A DNA stretch of 64,000 nt from Octopus sinensis (GCF_006345805.1 NC_043008.1:7688001-7752000); one strand, 5' to 3'; counted from the first letter of the stretch, positions 36,080 through 52,200 are shown. A program made the numbers and translations. Notes: generated by a model from the letters alone, not told the origin.

Positions 36080-36259
36080 CACACATTATATATACATTTA
36101 TATTTATGCATATACACACATATGTAGATATATGTATACCTACATATATGTCTACATATATATATGTATGTATACATGTATTTATACATGTATACATGTA
36201 TTTATATATATATATATTTAGAAATGGAGTTAAAATCAGGTGTTATTCAAATCTATATA

Positions 36260-36341
36260 CTTCCGACATATGTTTCGAAGAACACATTGGTATTATTCCT
36301 GTGGGAATAAAATAGTGTAAAACAATGTAACCATCACGTAA
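36260..36341 (-). ncRNA. Degenerate hammerhead-like motif
   Basis: CTTAC-GTGATGG-..ACATTG...CAATGT..-GAA-ACATATGT-C-GGAAG; core mutated at C3 and A9. Confidence 0.4.
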
Positions 36342-37125
36342 GGGGCAAACAGATGAACAAAACATCAAAAACCTATTTTACCCGAATGTGATTACCGCGT
36401 ATATGATTAAAGGAACACTGGCAAGATATTTTTTAAAAAAAACGTTAATAGATTTAACGTCAAAGGCAATTTAAAGAAAGAGAAGGAGGAGAAAGACAGA
36501 AATTACCAGAAAATTAAGAGTGACTAAATATATGCGATAGACGAGTGGAAACCTTAAAGCGTGTAAATAGATATATGTAGTGGAAACGAAATGTTAGAAG
36601 ACAGTCAAATGTCAAATTTTATAGATTGGTGCAATATACTTATAGGAACCAAAGGTAAATGCGTTATGTTAAGGTGTTTACAAGAGAATTCTCTGAAGAC
36701 AGAATGCGATACTGTTCTTCGGTAAAGAGTGGACAAAAGAATTTACCTTTAGGATATGGAAAGGGTCTAGATAGAATATTTCATTCCACAAAATTCTATA
36801 TTATGTTCATAATTGAAGCAGTATTGGATTTACTCAATTTTCTAGGCTTTTCTTAACAGCTATCCCTCGTTCACGACTTTATTTTCGTTAAAAAAAACAA
36901 ACATTTTCACACTTCTAAGATTGTTTATAAAGCATAAAAATTAGTATAATTATACACACACATATAAATATGTATACATACATTCGTATATATATATATA
37001 TATACAGGCACACACATATATACCACAAATGTATATGTATGTATATATATATACATATACATTTGTGGTATATATGTGTGTGCATGTGTTTATGTATACA
37101 TATTTGTAATATATGCATACCTGAA

Positions 37126-37183
<58 letters not shown>

Positions 37184-37246
37184 TATAAACATACATATAT
37201 ATAATATATATATATATAAATATTATATACATATATATATATATAT

Positions 37247-37303
<57 letters not shown>

Positions 37304-37885
37304 ATACATACATTCATAGATACATACAAAAGATACGTTCATACATACATGCATACAACCATAAATACAAACTATGATTACTATTTTAGTTAGGAAACCT
37401 ACAAAATAGACAAGTTTTAGCTGTGATTTAAGTTGCTAAGTTTTCATATTTAGTAGAATATATGGAAAGAAAGAGAAATTAAAGTCTCGATAACGACCAA
37501 ATAGCATGCAGGTTATCGCAGCTTCGTTGCGAATTACGATGAATGAGATACGGCATGTCACTCAAATATATAAACGTAATCGTTATCTCGTGTAGTCATT
37601 ATCATACGAATTGAACGAGATATATATGATATCAAAAAAGCAAGAATCTGAAGAGAAGTTTAAATATAAGTAATTTTGTTATCAGAGTGTAGACAGCTTA
37701 CTTTTCTCAGGTTTTAATATCCTTCACGAGACCTTAACGGCTTCGTGCAACAATATTCTCACCAAATATTGTTAATGTTTAATGATATAACAAATAAGGT
37801 ATAAACATTTTGAACAAACATTGAACGTTTCACATTAGCTAAAGATATGGAAGAAAGCTATTAGAAATAAGGAAATTAACTTATG

Positions 37886-37952
<67 letters not shown>

Positions 37953-37969
37953 TATATATATATATATAC

Positions 37970-38049
<80 letters not shown>

Positions 38050-38182
38050 ATATATATATATGCATATTTGTATATATATATACATATATAGACTAAGGAA
38101 GTGAGAGATGGATGATGGTTAAATAGAGAGAAGAGGGATAGATAAATAGATAAATATATAGATAAATATATATATAGATAGT

Positions 38183-38218
<36 letters not shown>

Positions 38219-38735
38219 AATATAGATAGATAGATTGAGACATACGAGCGTATTTGCATATATATCTATGCGTATCTGTGTATATATAAATATGCACACA
38301 AACACACACACACACTCACACATACCGATACATACCTCGTATTCTCATCGTGGGCCGAAAAATTACTCGAGTCCTTAGTAATGACTGACGACATCGAGAA
38401 TACAAGCAAAATAGTCACATACCAACAACTACACACACACGTATACATAAATATACACACATATATAAAACAAATCACATACACATAAATATATGCTCAC
38501 GTATACGCATAAATAAATATACAAATATACACACAAATGCACATGCCCATACATAGAAATATACACACATTTTCCCAGAAAATCACAAATACATACATAG
38601 AAATATTACTCATATCACTTATGCACACATATAAGTACACAAAAATATACGCTCACACTCAGGCACGCGCAAATATGTATATGTATGTATAGACCTGGTC
38701 ATAAATTCATTCCCTACGTATATTACTCCTTTCTT

Positions 38736-38783
<48 letters not shown>

Positions 38784-40252
38784 TCGCTTATTCTAATTTT
38801 TCATGTTCTTCTATGTGCACTTGGAATGTTGTCTGACTTCACACTGAGGGTTAGAAACATTCTGAACTTTTAGAGCTCATATTTCAGAAGAGAAATGACG
38901 ACGTCTCTGTCGTTTGCAATCATGCGGAACAGATTTGAAACGTGTCACCTATCTGCAGAAATGGACCGTGAATTCTACTCTCAGAGAACGGGCGTCTCCT
39001 CTTTCGATTCTCTTTCAAAATCACAAACTTTATACTCACACCAATACATATTCCCAGCTAGTCATGATTATTGAAGTACAAACATATATTTAAACAAAAT
39101 GTTTGTTTTTTTTCCTTTGATGTAATTACATCTTAAATAGGAATCCAACGAAATTATCCTTACATGGAAGAATGAGGAAATAATAACAAACATCAAATCT
39201 AACATGCATCCGTAACATAGATTCTCGGGAAATTTAGTACTTACAACACTTTTTACGCTTAGCTTATTCACACCATCAGAATTTTCCAACTATTAATTGC
39301 TTCATTAAAATGCATAATATTTATCAGCGTGAGGAAAATGTCTAAATGCAAGCGAGTTAATTTTTCAGTTAATTAAAATTTCCAACCCACGGTTCTACTT
39401 ATATCACATCATTATTTGCACCGATAATATATTTGGAAATAGAAATAGGTTTCTTTTTCATTTCCTATTTCAGGAATATTGAAATATCAAGATTTTGAGT
39501 CTATTTTACAAAAAGCAATATCTATTTAACGGTTTGATAAGTACGGAACAGTTAGTAAATAGATTTCATGACATGTTATTTTCGACAGTTTTATATTTTT
39601 CTATCAAAACAATTTCGTATGACATGCAATGTGAACGCCTCGCAAAGATGACACGAAGAACACAATTTGGAATTCATAATTGTTCATAAGTATTAAGTTA
39701 CGACTCACTCGTCTAACCAAAACATACTACGTTTCTGAGGCAAATGTTGTAAAGAATTCTAAACAAGTATTACATAGGACCCAGCTTGCTTCCAGTTGAG
39801 ATCAATTAATTTCATTCCTTATTTTTCTCTTCAGTTGGGGACGGACCCGTGACATCGTGTGACAACAATATTTGTAATATTTATTTCTACCTCATTTCCT
39901 CTCAGAGAGGAAAATTGCAACATGGTCAAAATTGGATACTATTAATTCGGGTCGATGAAATAAACAGCTCTTCCATTGAGGTCGGTTGGTATAAATGGTT
40001 ACGCGTGGTATCTGTTCAGGTTCTTTGATTGCTCAATATATATGTAGTGGAGTTCTAAACATTTAGAACAGGCCCTGGATTTGAAGACAACTCTGTTTCT
40101 ACCTCTGTCTGTCTGTCTGTCTCCTTCTCTCTCTCTCTCTCTCTCTCTCTTGCTTGTTTCTCATTCCGATGCTGCCTGTCTGAGGAAACATCAAAAACAA
40201 AAAATAAAGAAAAAAAACAAGTAATTTTTGTCTAAGCGAAGACTTCAATAAT

Positions 40253-40635
40253 TTACTCTTTTACTCTTTTACTTGTTTCAGTCATTTGCCTACGGCCATG
40301 CTGGAGCACCGCCTTTAGTCGAGCAACTTTTGTCGAACCGCTAAAATACGGGGACGTAAACACACCAACATCGGTTGTCAAGCGATGTTGACGGTACAAA
40401 CACAGACACATAAACATATACACACCTACATATACATATATATACATATATATACATATATATGTACATATATGATGGACTTCTCCAGTTTCCGTCTGCC
40501 AAATACACTCACAAAGCTATGGGTGGCCCGAGGCTATAGTAGAAGATACTAGCCCAACATGCCACGCAGTGGGACTGAACCCGGAACCATGTGGTTGGTA
40601 AGCAAGCTACTTAACACACAATCACTCTTGCGCCT
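40253..40635 (-). mobile_element. Full-length SINE family A
   Basis: Head, internal (TA)n and 3' half. Confidence 0.88.
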
Positions 40636-41175
40636 TATTTAACAGTTTGTTATTTCAAATGGGATATATAAACTTAATACAAATATAATCTTTTATAGGT
40701 ACATTACCTTTATAACTGATTCTTCATTCATTAATATCTACAGAAAATTGGATGCGCTTAAAAGAAATTCTAGTGAATTTAAATAGAAGATACATTTTTT
40801 GCTATGTGCAATATTTTCCTTCTTTAATCTACTTATTGACATGGCAAAATAATTTGGGCTTCCTCGTTTAAAAATCTTTCGCTCACCATAAAAAAGCCAA
40901 TTTAACCGACTAGATCTAATATAGTGGAGTGCATGAATTCACTTACCCCACGACATTCGGTTACACGACACAGAACATCAATTCTGCAGTCGCATATAAT
41001 TGATTATTACGACGGTCTTCACATGAAATCTTTATTTGTTTAGTTTTTACACCTTATCGACACACATACAGTGTAGACTAATAAATGTGGTAGAGATTGC
41101 AAAGAATTGTAGGCAATAAAAATGTCATCATATTTATAACATGCTCAATAAAGTTAATAGAATAATAGTACATTT

Positions 41176-41447
41176 GTGGAGGCACATGGCCTCGTGGTTA
41201 GAGCAGTGAATTCGCGGTCGAGGGATCGCGGGTTTGAATCTCAAACCGGGTGATGCGTGTGTTTATGAGCGAAACACCTAGTTTCCACACGGCTCCGGCA
41301 GAAGGTAATGGCGAACTTCTGCTGACACCTTCGCCACAACATTCTCTCCCTCTTTCCTCCTGCATCTTGCAGCTCACCTGCAACGGACCGGCGTCCCGTC
41401 CAGGTAGGGTACCTATATGCCAAGGAAACCGGGAAACCGGCCCTATG
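41176..41447 (+). mobile_element. SINE with a family D-like head and a family C-like tail
   Basis: GTGGAGGCACATGGCCTCGTGGTTAG head; GGACCGGCGTCCCGTCCAGG...GAAACCGGGAAACCGG tail. Confidence 0.78.
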
Positions 41448-42098
41448 CTCCACAAGGCGCAAAAAAGTTTAAGAAGAAATAATATATTTAGCCTACACAA
41501 ATCTGGTAAATATAAAAAAAAGGCTTAAAGTTCGCGTCTCACCATAGTCATATGAACGACAAACAAAGATTGAATTTCAACGAAGTTAAGATAGATTTTA
41601 ACATCAGCCAATTGTCATATATGTAGAGTATAGTAAAACCTGAGCTATTTTATTCACGCACCAATCCGTTCTGTAATTCATGTATTCAGAAATAGATAAA
41701 ACTATCTATGTCACTAGTAGCATTTCATTAAATATTGAATATTACATATGTAATTAATGATCTATTTTATATGCACTTGAGGAAGCAAGTTCAATTGATA
41801 TGTGACATCAATTATGTTCACATTTCCTATGCGAGGAAGCGGTAAAGTAGGTTTGTCAAATGTCGAGAACTCGCTGTAATTACTTTGCCGTATTCTTGCA
41901 AACATGTATAGAAAGACAAAAGCCATCGAATCATTACTGAAGGCTACTAAATCGGTCAAATCGTTTCGTATACTTTCATTCCGGATGAATACGGTGTATA
42001 ATAACTTTATAATCCTCCATCTGTATACCCGGATTAATATAAGTACACGCACACACATATTTCTATACAACCACAAATATATTTATGTATATACGTAT

Positions 42099-42145
<47 letters not shown>

Positions 42146-42146
42146 A

Positions 42147-42188
<42 letters not shown>

Positions 42189-43788
42189 TATATATATGTA
42201 TATAACCACTAAGGTGGATACTACTGTAGCTTATAGCCCCAGGAGAACTTCTTCTCCAGCTGGCTATTGACACATGCTCTGTGCCCTATCAGTATTTGCA
42301 AAGGGAAGCCATCCTTCCCATCGTCGACCTGACGTGATACGCACGGACGCGAGTTTCTGGGTATTTACCCGTCGTCAGCGCACGACAATCACCCATCTTC
42401 GATGCGAATGGGTCCCGATGCAAACACATTATCCTTTTTCCAGTGACGATATATACACACATATATATGCATATTATATGTGCATATATACTTATAACAA
42501 TAAGGCAGTCGAAGTTCTCATTTTACTGGCCAATATCCCACAACGCTTTCGAGTTACCATACATATATGAATCCATGGAAGTAATCGACTGGAATGTTCC
42601 ACAGAATCAGTACTCTCCATAGGTTATATGTAAAAAAAGAGAAATGAAGGAGGCAGAGTTTTAAGAGTAGGTATCTTTTGAATGCTGTAGAAGCCATCTC
42701 AGGCGGCACCTACCAAACAACAGCTGCAAAATACAAAAAACAAATTTTGTAGCCCTGAAAAGCGAAAAACACAACATCGTACGCATCGGCAGGGAGTTTC
42801 TCCCAGATTATTCTCTTCTTGATGACTTCCAACAGGACCCCAAAACATCTTGGTTAACGTACTTCAGTTGATAACTGGATGTGAAATGCTCAGTATGCCA
42901 AAACCTATTCATGGGTATGTTACACGAAGATTTGTACATCACATTAATATCTACATGAGGTCCAGCCTTACATGGACTTAGGATCACCACATGACCTTCG
43001 AAAGCTATCCAAGAATAGGCGATTGATATAATGAACTTGACAGATAAAAGGAATCAGTAAAGCTCTTCGTGCCATAAGATGCACCCGGTAATGTCAATTA
43101 TACCACATTTCTGAGGAAAACATTAAACACATGATGGGCAGCTGGTCCTAAATATCATAAAGATACTATGTTCCCTATATAACATGATGTTGTTGGTAGA
43201 ACTATATAAAATGCCATCTGATGAAAAAATCTTCCAGGTTTCCTTCATACATATCAACACAAGGAACATTCCCATCAAAATATCAGTCAAGACCAAACGA
43301 ACTATACGGATGTATTTGATTGGGACAGAGCGCAAAAACAAATATCAAAGAGAGCAGCTGCCATGATAATGTGAATATAACTAGGAAAATCAAAGAAGAC
43401 AGCTGTAGGCATCTTTCTTCAGAATATTTAAGTTTTTTACCCAGGCTATAAATTCACATTCACCAATAATAATTGGCGTCTTCGTTTTTGTTAATGCTTA
43501 AGTGACAATTTCAGAAAGGAATGATTGTTAGGAAAAGAAATCAACCACTTAACACGCTTAAGTACTTGGCAATCTTAAAGCAGAACAGTAAACATGTGCA
43601 AAAAATTTTCTCAAATTCAGTGTTTTGGTCATCTGTATTCTAAACTTGGAAATGTGTATCATTATTAGTAAGCAACCTCTTCGTTACGAGACTGCAAGTG
43701 ATTAATCTTTGAAGAGAATATCCAGATACATATTTTCACATATATGTACACAGATGCACATATATACAGAGGGGTCACACTTATATAT

Positions 43789-44017
43789 ATTTCTTTACTA
43801 CCCACAACGGGCTACACATAGAGGGGACAAACAAGGACAGACAGAGGGATTAAGTCGATTACATCGACCCCAGTGCGTAACTAGTACTTAATTTATCGAC
43901 CCCGAAAGGATGAAAGGCAAAGTCGACCTCGGCTGAATTTGAACTCAGAATGTAACGGCAGACGAAATACGGCTACGTATTTCGCCCGGCGTGCTAACGT
44001 TTCTGCCAGCTCGCCGC
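43789..44017 (-). mobile_element. SINE family B
   Basis: Reverse complement of the family B body. Confidence 0.88.
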
Positions 44018-44443
44018 TTTCTTTACATATACACTTATATAGATTGTCTTTTCGACAACGCAAACTGGAGGAAAAATGCAGATCGTGTAACGTAACGATT
44101 GTTTAAGCGAAGGGAGGTATTTCTATTGTGTAATACCATTTTAGCACCACAAAATGCACAGGTTTGAATTGCTGTGTATTGTGACTTCAGTTATTGATGG
44201 GTAGTAAGTAGTGCTGTATTGTTAGCCTATAAGATCTATTAAACAGAATACAGTATTATAATATACATAAATGGAAGCATGTCAACATACTCAATTGTTA
44301 TATAATAGAATGTCGGGGAAATGAAATTAATATTACCAGCGACATTGTCTCATTAAATCTCCACACAATTATTACCAAGCAGAAAATATAGTATGTGTGA
44401 TGGAGAGTTTGGTGATAAGTATTTATTTCCATGCTTCAAATCT

Positions 44444-44817
44444 GGGAGCACTCCGTCGGTTACGACGACGAGGGTTCCGGTTGATCCGGATCAACGGAAC
44501 AGACTGCTCGTGAAATTAACGTGTAAGTGGCTGAGCACTCCACATACACGTGCACCCTTAACGTAGATATTCAGCGTGACACAGAGTGTGACAAGGCCGG
44601 CCCTTTGAAATACAGGTACAACAGAAACAGGAAGTAAGAGTGAGAGAAAGTTGTAGTGAAAGAGTACAGCAGGGATCACCACCATCCCTGCCGGAGCCTC
44701 GTGGAGCTTTAGGTGTTTTCGCTCAATAAACACTCACAACGCCCGGTCTGGGAATCGAAACCGCGATCCTATGACCGCGAGTCCGCTGCCCTAACCACTG
44801 GGCCATTGCCCATCCAC
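44444..44817 (-). mobile_element. SINE family D
   Basis: Near-identical to 34409-34794. Confidence 0.88.
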
Positions 44818-45907
44818 GCTTCAAATGTATCTGGTCGCTGAACGTGATCCTCTTCCGTTTGTAATGATAAGAATTCAACGTGTAGGACTTTCCGAATTCT
44901 CTCTGCGTGAAGGTTTACAAAAATGCAAAAGTTTTGATGCACTCAACTGTAAAGAAGATTCTCGCTGTTCCAGGAAAGCAGGTGCCCGTCGGTGGTATCG
45001 ATTGTTAATTTACCGTTCATGCAACGAGCCATATCTGGGACATGGGCTTTATTCGTAATTTATGATAGTTGACTTCGTTGTGTTAGGTCGAATTACTCAC
45101 GTGCATGTAAGTACATCTCTTTGGACAGCAAAATATTGTAAAGATTTGATCAGGCAAAATAAACATGAATGCATACAGTAACTTACCTCTCCGCAGTTTA
45201 AGTATAAGTTTGTGTTCTGCTATAGAACTACCACGGATTGGCAATAAAATTTTCTGCATTTTTCATTGTTCTTCTGTCCATCTAACTGTAGCTCAGGTGT
45301 TTCATATCTACAGATAAGCAGCATCTATTGAAAATGTAGGTTTAGGATAAAGCGCACAGATATAAATTGTAAATCGTTCTCTATAGAGAAACCGAATCAT
45401 TGAAAGTAATTCTGCAATGTCTTCATACAGCTCTCGTAATAATTCATTTATGATATATCGTCACGTATATGTTAATTTAATTTCAAAGAATTCCACTGAT
45501 TTGAAAATATTTATTTAATACATTTACTTTTACAAATATATTTATGTTCATAAAATACTTGTGATTTCGCAAAAAAAAAAAAAATTATAATGATAAAAAA
45601 AACTAAATAAAGCTACAAAAGAAATAGAACTTCTAAATAACTTTCTTGACATATTCTTTCTCGGTGTTTCATTAATTTCATTTTGTAGCGAAAACTCTTA
45701 AAGTTTTCTACTATATTATATATCTCGAGTGCCAAGACATCCATAAAAAGTCTGCAGTATATCACTTATAAATATGTTATATGTATTTGTGTAAACGTTT
45801 GCGTAACCTGTCATATATACGGTTGTGTGCACAAATATAAACATATACATTTATATAAGTCTTCCTCTTTCTTCTTTACTCTGTTAGTCTCTCTCTGTAT
45901 ATCACTC

Positions 45908-45946
<39 letters not shown>

Positions 45947-46054
45947 ACACACATATACATACATATATATATATACATACATATATATATATACGTACAT
46001 ACATACATATATATATACGTACATACATACATATATATATACATACATATATAT

Positions 46055-46129
<75 letters not shown>

Positions 46130-46496
46130 CATATATACACGTATATATCATCCTAAGAATTCTCGCCGATATTTTACGAGACATTTCGTTTCCAAGGAGA
46201 ACGTTCTCTTTTCTGCCAATTTCAAAGTCTCAATAACTTAATGACTGCATCATTTATGTGCTTTTATCTAAGAAGTGATGCCGAAGAATGATGTTCATGT
46301 AGATTGAAATAACATATATCATACAATATATGTGCCTGGTGGTACCCCATACCCCCACCTACCACCCCACACGCACACTCATACGCTCGGATATATATTT
46401 ATGTGTATGTGTGTATGTCTATGTGCTTGTGTATATTCATAAATGTTTATAATAGTATGTGCATTATTCTGAATAAATGCATATGTCTACATATAT

Positions 46497-46886
46497 AGGC
46501 GCAGGAGTGGCTGTGTGGTTAGTAGCTTGCTAACCACCCGCATGGTTCCGGGTTCAGTCCCACTGCGTGGCATCTTGGGCAAGTGTCTTCTGCTATAGCC
46601 CCAGGCCGACCAAGGCCTTGTGAGTGGATTTGGTAGACGGAAACTGAAAGAAGCCTGTCGTATATATGTATATATGTATATGTATGTGTGTGTTTGTTTC
46701 TCTAGCATTGCCTGGCAACCGATGCCGGTGTGTTTACATGCCGTCACTTAGCTGTTCGGCAAAAGAGATGGATAGAATAAGTACTGGGCTTACAAAGAAT
46801 AAGTCCTGGGGTGATTTGCTCGACTAAAGGCGGTGCTCCAGCATGGCTGCAGTAAATGACTGAAACAAGTAAAAGAGTAAAGAGTA
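46497..46886 (+). mobile_element. Full-length SINE family A
   Basis: Head, internal (TA)/(TG)n and 3' half ending AAAAGAGTAAAGAGTA. Confidence 0.88.
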
Positions 46887-47527
46887 CGAGTATACATATA
46901 GACTCACGGCCATATGGGTATATAGGCATATGATATATACCTACATTGATAAATCTAGTATTATACGTTCCGTCTCTTGAGTAACGTAGCAAAAATGTGA
47001 AAACAAATTATCGGTGTGCGGATAGTAAGAAATTCTAGGGGAACTTAAATAAAACCAGAAAGTCCTGCTCCAGCATGGACGCAGTCAACTGAGTGAATCA
47101 AATAAATAAAGAAAGAAAGAATAAGGAATAGCATAACATAACTATATACATTTTTGTGTATACTCCATGGGAGATAAAATTGAACACCTTCAAACAGACC
47201 TTGAGAAAATGGTAGGTTACTAATATCTGCTAGTGTCTTAATTAGTAGTAGCTAGGGCATGATTTTGGGACACATGATATAAATTAATTTCATCTACTTT
47301 GGAAAATGCTATTGTTTTTATTTCTGTTATTAATTGACGAGTCATTGTTCTATTGCTTTATTTAATGAAACCGTTATCCAAGTCTTTAAATGTGTAGTTA
47401 ATAAACGCACTCCCATCTGAGTTAAATGTCAGCATTACACTCAGCATATTATCAGGTTGATAATATAATTATTTGCTCGTAAGGAAACTAGGAAATCTCG
47501 GCACTGATATTTCATTCTACAAGGATT

Positions 47528-48017
47528 CATAGAACATGGGATATTGTAGAATGTCAAATATTTACATAGATTATAGTTTATCCGGCATAACTAACTTCTA
47601 CCGGGAAAATAAATATTATTCTATGTGTATGTAATGATCTGAACGTTAATATTTCTCAAAAGTAATGGCACATTTAAAGTTGCAAACTAATTCACTCAAA
47701 GAAATTACTGAAAAACGACAAGATATAAGTATATCTTAAAGTAGGCCAGGAGGAGAGAATTTACTTGGATACATAGAACATGGGATATTGTAGAATGTCA
47801 AATATTTACATAGAATATACTTTATCCGGCATAGCTAACTTCTACCGGGGAAAATAAATATTATTCAATATGTATGTAATGATCTGAACGTTAATATTTC
47901 TCAAAAGTAATGGCACATTTAAAGTTGCAAACTAATTCACGCAAAGAAATTACTGAAAAACGGCAAGAGATAAGTATATCTTAAAGTAGGCCAGGAGGAG
48001 AGAATTTACTTAGATAT
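47528..48017. repeat. Direct tandem duplication, period about 244 bp
   Basis: CATAGAACATGGGATATTGTAG at 47528 and 47772. Confidence 0.92.
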
Positions 48018-49110
48018 ATAACTACAAGGAAAGAAAATTGATATCTATGAATGTGGATGTCTTCACATTTCACATATCCTTTTCTAAGCGATGGAGCGAA
48101 ATTGTTATATTATGTGAAATAGACATGCGTGATGCCGGAAGGAAATAAAGGGAGAAAAATTTCTTTGTGAATGTTTTGAATCAATTATTTCGAAAATACT
48201 AATTTTTACCTAATTGGTAGTGATAAGTGGCGCTATAAATATTCGGATAAATACCTGTGAGAATTCACAGTTTTGGATAAATACCTGTAAGAATTCGCAA
48301 CTAATGCAAGTCCCTTAGAGAGACAATGATCAGACCTGCTGTCTTAATTATAGTGTGTCTTAAGTTATTTTACTTCTATTCTTAGCCATGATTGAATTTC
48401 AATACATCTTATAATGTTTATAACCATCGCCCTCATTTTTACATATTCTTATTTGTAACGTCTCTTTATATGATAATGCTTCGTGTGTGCAAGTCCTTGT
48501 AGCTTTTGGAAGAAACAATTATTATACTTACTACAAAATAATTCGAACGTCGGACACAACGGCCGACGGTATATGTCTCAGCTCATTACATTGTCGGTTC
48601 AAATACTACTGATTCAAATTTCGGGGTAAGCATAAAAGTGCCCCGAAAAAACTTTGTGCTGACGTTAGAAACAAAAGTTATTAATACAATTATAATCGTT
48701 GAAGTGGTGAGCTGACAGAATCGTTAGTGCACCGGGCAAACCAGCAAACTAAGGTGGCACTAGTTTACTGGTCATTCTTCAAAAGCCTGTAAAGAATTCT
48801 TGCAGTTCCAGGCAACGTTAATTTCTGTAGGTATTCTATCTTAACATTTCAACCAATCTTTTTCAGCCATGTTAATAGCTGAGTACTGATACTTCCAAGT
48901 ACGCCAATTACTATTGGTATCACGTCTACTTGCCTCATTGACCCCAACCTTTGTATTTCCCGCTTCAGATCGTCATAGTCGTTCTTTGAGCCTGTCAACA
49001 TCGGGCTATTCTTATTTTTTTATTGTTGTTTTTGTTCTCATCGTCATCATCATCATCATCAACAACAACATCATCATCATCAGCCTCATCATCATCATTA
49101 TTGTTGTCTA

Positions 49111-49270
49111 AGGCGTCAGGCTGGCAGAATCAGTACCACGCCGGGTAAATGCTTTCTGGCATTTCGTCTGTCTTTATGTTCTGAGTCAAAATTCTGCCAA
49201 GTTGACTTTGTCTTTCATCTTTTTAACACTGGGGTCAATCTAACAGACCTAGCCCCGCCCCGAATTTCTT
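49111..49270 (+). mobile_element. Degenerate SINE family B
   Basis: GGCTGGCAGAATCAG head and TTGACTTTGTCTTTCATC block. Confidence 0.6.
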
Positions 49271-52200
49271 TGGCCACCGTCCCATAACATCATTCTCCTG
49301 GTCAAAGCTATATTTTCCAAAGATGCAGTACCTTCTTTTAGATTCTATCAATATCATAATATTTGTGTATATGTGTGAGTATATGTATATACGCATGTGC
49401 TCATATATATACATGATGTGTCTGCAAAGCGTGATTTCTTCGAGAGAATGTGATATATAGTTAGTAGAAACATGGATGTTTTCGAATAAAAATAGAGACT
49501 GTTTTGTTTTTAATTGCTGTTCCTTTCTTTTTTACCTATTTTCCTCATTGTATTCACCTTTAATTGAATTTTCGTTATTATCTGAGCATAAATGTCTTGT
49601 ATTTGTTATAATATCTTATTCAACCGAAAGGTAAGTTGTAATAACTTAATGAAGAATTTAGAGTCCGAAAAATGAATCCTTGGATACTCTTAGAAATCTC
49701 TCGGAATGGTCGAGAATGTATAGCGATCTGTATGCTCTCAGCCGCAGTCATATAGCAAAACAGTCCATAGATGCAGAGAACATTCAGAAGCAAGAAAGAT
49801 ATTAAATTTCCTAAATTATTTCGGAAAGGATTCAATATGTTTGAGCTTGGTAGATCACTATGCCTATCAGAATAAAATTCAATGTCAAAGTTTAGAAGAT
49901 CCGGCTAAGCTACAAATTTTGGCATAAGCATTCGCAAAAAAAAAAAAAACTTGTATAACGCATTAGTCGAATCTGCTGCTTGCATACTAATATCATATTA
50001 TTTCTGCGAAATTTATTTGTCAAACATGTGATATTCGCTCAAGTCGAGAATCTGAGGGTCTGGGTAAGGTTGGAGTAAAAGTAAACAGTTTTAAAAAGGA
50101 AATATTCTTTTTTAAGCATAATTTGCAATAAATTATTCGTATATAATATGCAGTTGAAAAATATCTGAGACAACTGGACAGTTTCTAAATGTTTGTTTAT
50201 ATCCCCACGGCATTCGAATCATACACATTCGTGAACTTTACATATATTTGTCGACCCATAAAACCTCCAGTTTCTTTTGACTGTCTTTTTTTACGTGATA
50301 AATATACATTTCGTTTCTATGTGAAGGAATCAAAACTATTCGGGATATAGTTTATCATTTTTAACTTTGCGAATTTCGCTTGCCTAATCACACCAAAACA
50401 TAAATATCTTCTACTCAATTTATAATTGAATCCTACTGGGGTAGAACTCCACGCATTGTAGCTGAAATACTAGCTAAACGATCGTTTTAGCTACATCGTT
50501 CTAATATTTAATTCTTCCTCTATAATTTTGTATCTACGCTCCAGAGCTTTCCTGAGTGTGGTAAATCAGGAAATATTTACTTTAATCAAATACAAGCAGC
50601 AATATATTATAACAGCATAATTATATAAAATGGCAATAAATATTGTTAGTTTTCTGTTATTGATTAGAGAAATGTAACGACATTCGTGCAATTAGTTTTA
50701 TGAGGGAAGTCGTAATAAAACGGCGGTGTTTGAGAAATTGGAAGAGAATATTAAACGATAACTACTATTTCCGATCTGATTCAGCACACATCCCTTTATT
50801 AATAACATTATACTGGACGCAGCTTAGTTTTATTCCTCTTTACGTTTTAATGACTACTATATTCAACCTCAACGCCGAGTACCAATACACATATAAGTAG
50901 ATAGCTTTAATGGTGACGACTCTTTAAGGTTTAGATATTGATTCACAAGTAATAATACTCTGAGAGTGTTTGACTGAGAACTATATGTTCAAGACAACAG
51001 ACACTAACGCTTGAACATTTATAAAACTGATTATAAAGAATAGATTTTTTTTTACAATGATAGAAACTGTATAGAAATAATTGCTATAAAAACGATAATG
51101 CTCTAAACCACAACACAATTCGCAAAGTCTTCATTTGAGTAACCCAAATACACGGTCAACATCTTCTTCAAATTCCACCTAACGTATTAGACCGAAGTAT
51201 GTGGTATAAATAGTATAAATGGGTTTTATTATCATCTATATACACAATACTAGATGGTCAGCATTGCAATACCATTACGAATAATTATAAGAAATACTGA
51301 CGATAAAGTCAGTAATATTCTATTACTGATATGAAATTCAGTAACTCAAAATTGAGTTAATCTCTGAACGGTGGTGTATATCAAATTTGTTGAATGTTGA
51401 TGTGTCATATCTATTCCATGGCAACAATTATATCGGCCAGAGAACTAGGTTTCATCTATATTTCAGAGCTTGTTCATTTTCGTTTTTCATTTGTTTGTTT
51501 TTGTAAATCATTTGCTCAGGACCATAATTAGTAATATGAGTTGCAATAGTGAAACTAAATACGAGGAACAGTAAAAATGATGTTTAGATGTTTTCCTAGT
51601 GTTCATTGTTTATCTGAATGTATGGCGATTCATAAACAAAACTGGAGGAGGTTTAAGACTGACAATAACACAGTGTGATATCTGCTGTTCTTATATACGA
51701 AAAAAATATTTTCTGTACACAAACTATTTGGTTCGAGATTGATAATTGTACGCGTGTCACTATTTGCTCCTTTCGGCTGAGAGTGGCAGCTGTTGTTTCG
51801 CAGATCCTGCTTTAATTATCTCTGGAAACTTGTATAAGCATCTAGGTGTCTGCGGCTGGTGTACATATGGTGAGTATGGAAGTTGATGTTGATGTTTTAT
51901 GGCAGCAATGAAATATGATCTTTAAATGTCTGTCTAAATTTTTGTTTTCATTGATATTTTTTGCATCCGACGGTGGTTCTTTTCCAACTTACAGAAATAT
52001 ATATCGTAGTAATTTGCGTATTCTGTAACCTAGCTATGTTTGTTATATAGTGTAAGCCGCTTTGTTATGGAGACAATTTAGTTTGGAAATCATGAAAACA
52101 GAATGGATATCGCGATACTTGAAACCTAAATAACTATTTCGCTACTAAAGGCAAATATATCAAAAGCCTAAAAGCCATTATACCATCAAACTAAGTAGTC

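Noticed and set aside
42200-43450. GC-richer patches suggestive of RTE-like or Tc1-like remnants (e.g. WKIFSSDG, CCTACCAAACAACAGCTG)
   Set aside because: Motifs too short and degenerate to assign without a search
51770-51990. Possible minus-strand exon
   Set aside because: All frames hit stops; no recognisable protein
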